Assembly: GCA_050298595.1 (NCBI GenBank)
Contig: JBNKUM010000080.1
Location: forward strand, 1 to 18,735
Source of the DNA: Gammaproteobacteria bacterium
GTDB lineage: Bacteria > Pseudomonadota > Gammaproteobacteria > GCA-001735895
Reading direction: 5' to 3'
DNA length: 18,735 bases
The notes under the pieces are model-generated. The model made no database searches. It was not told where the DNA came from and saw nothing but the letters and a program-made list of their open reading frames with translations. This document shows positions 18,137-18,735 of this stretch, piece by piece; position 1 is the first letter of the stretch, and every line of letters starts with the position of its first letter. The translations under genes and the position numbers were made by a program.

Positions 18137-18618
18137 CTCGTCTGGTTTGGCGTAAAACCACAGTACTTCTTCAGTAGCTTTGCCAATTGCCGAGTTTCCT
18201 CAGAGGTCAGGTCGCTGTCGTGGTCGGCATTTTCGCCAAAGAAATGGGCCTGATTGTCCTCTATAAAGCTATCTCCCGCGGTCGTCAGACGCAGGTGTAC
18301 CGAGCGGCGATCTAGATCAGGTACCTGACGGGTGACCATGTTTGCCTGTTCAAGTCGACGGATGGTTTTGGTCATATGGGCGGGTTTAATGTTCAGGGTT
18401 TGTGCCAGGCGCCCCTGTCGGATGCCCGGGTTCAAATGGATTATCCAGAGGATTGAGAATTCTCCCGGCCGCAGATCGGTTCCGGCAAAGTGCTCGAAAA
18501 ACTTGTCGTAGACGCGTACCTGCGCGATACGTATCAGGAATCCAAGCGAATTTGCCAGCTCACCGATGCTGATGTCCTGGTCGTCGCTCAGGACAGGTTT
18601 TTCGTCCTGTCTGTCCAT
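18133..18618 (-). CDS. MarR family transcriptional regulator
   Basis: LGFLIRIAQ, LRPGEFSIL, PGIRQ..LA, DRRSVHLRLT..G wHTH pattern; TGATG overlap with the upstream gene supports ATG 18618. Confidence 0.93.
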   Translation of the reverse strand: MDRQDEKPVLSDDQDISIGELANSLGFLIRIAQVRVYDKFFEHFAGTDLRPGEFSILWIIHLNPGIRQGRLAQTLNIKPAHMTKTIRRLEQANMVTRQVPDLDRRSVHLRLTTAGDSFIEDNQAHFFGENADHDSDLTSEETRQLAKLLKKYCGFTPNQTR

Positions 18619-18734
18619 CACGATTGGCCTGGTGCTTTAACCTTGCCCGCGCCACGCTGTACGAAATCGTTCAGTCGCGCCTCTGCCTCCGGTGTGGTGG
18701 CAGAAAAAGACGAGACAAAGCTTTCCACAAACAG
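18618..18734 (-). CDS. 3' end of a crotonase/enoyl-CoA hydratase family gene (partial, runs off the window)
   Basis: LFVESFVSSFSATTPEAEARLNDFVQRGAGKVKAPGQS* fits a crotonase C-terminal helix pattern; stop overlaps the marR start. Confidence 0.6.
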   Translation of the reverse strand: MFVESFVSSFSATTPEAEARLNDFVQRGAGKVKAPGQS

Positions 18735-18735
18735 T

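Noticed and set aside
17967-18161. 64-aa minus-strand ORF in the track
   Set aside because: Wrong frame; the coupled 17975-18136 frame gives a recognisable amidohydrolase-like N-terminus

Overview
Bacterial chromosomal window, most likely gammaproteobacterial, judged from the conserved bamD / rluD-pgeF-clpB layout and fmdB-like gene next to aspS. It has three parts. (1) 1-3450 is an accessory patchwork: one intact LRR gene with an unrecognised N-terminal domain, bracketed by a ~79-bp degenerate direct repeat, followed by a DUF4143-type ATPase fragment, an internally deleted group IIC intron remnant, palindromic repeats, and three related ~43-51-nt mini-inserts that each interrupt a hairpin. 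(2) 3478-17860 is housekeeping: MetX-family acyltransferase (serine-acylating type), nadA, non-discriminating aspS, FmdB zinc ribbon, SDR, spermidine synthase-like protein, bolA, clpB, pgeF, rluD and bamD. An unusual 802-aa HEAT-repeat/Ser-Thr kinase sits between clpB and bolA. (3) 17861-18735 is the eroded end of an aromatic acyl-CoA catabolic operon (crotonase 3' end, MarR, truncated amidohydrolase). No rRNA, tRNA or CRISPR array was seen. All family calls come from motif recognition; no searches were run.
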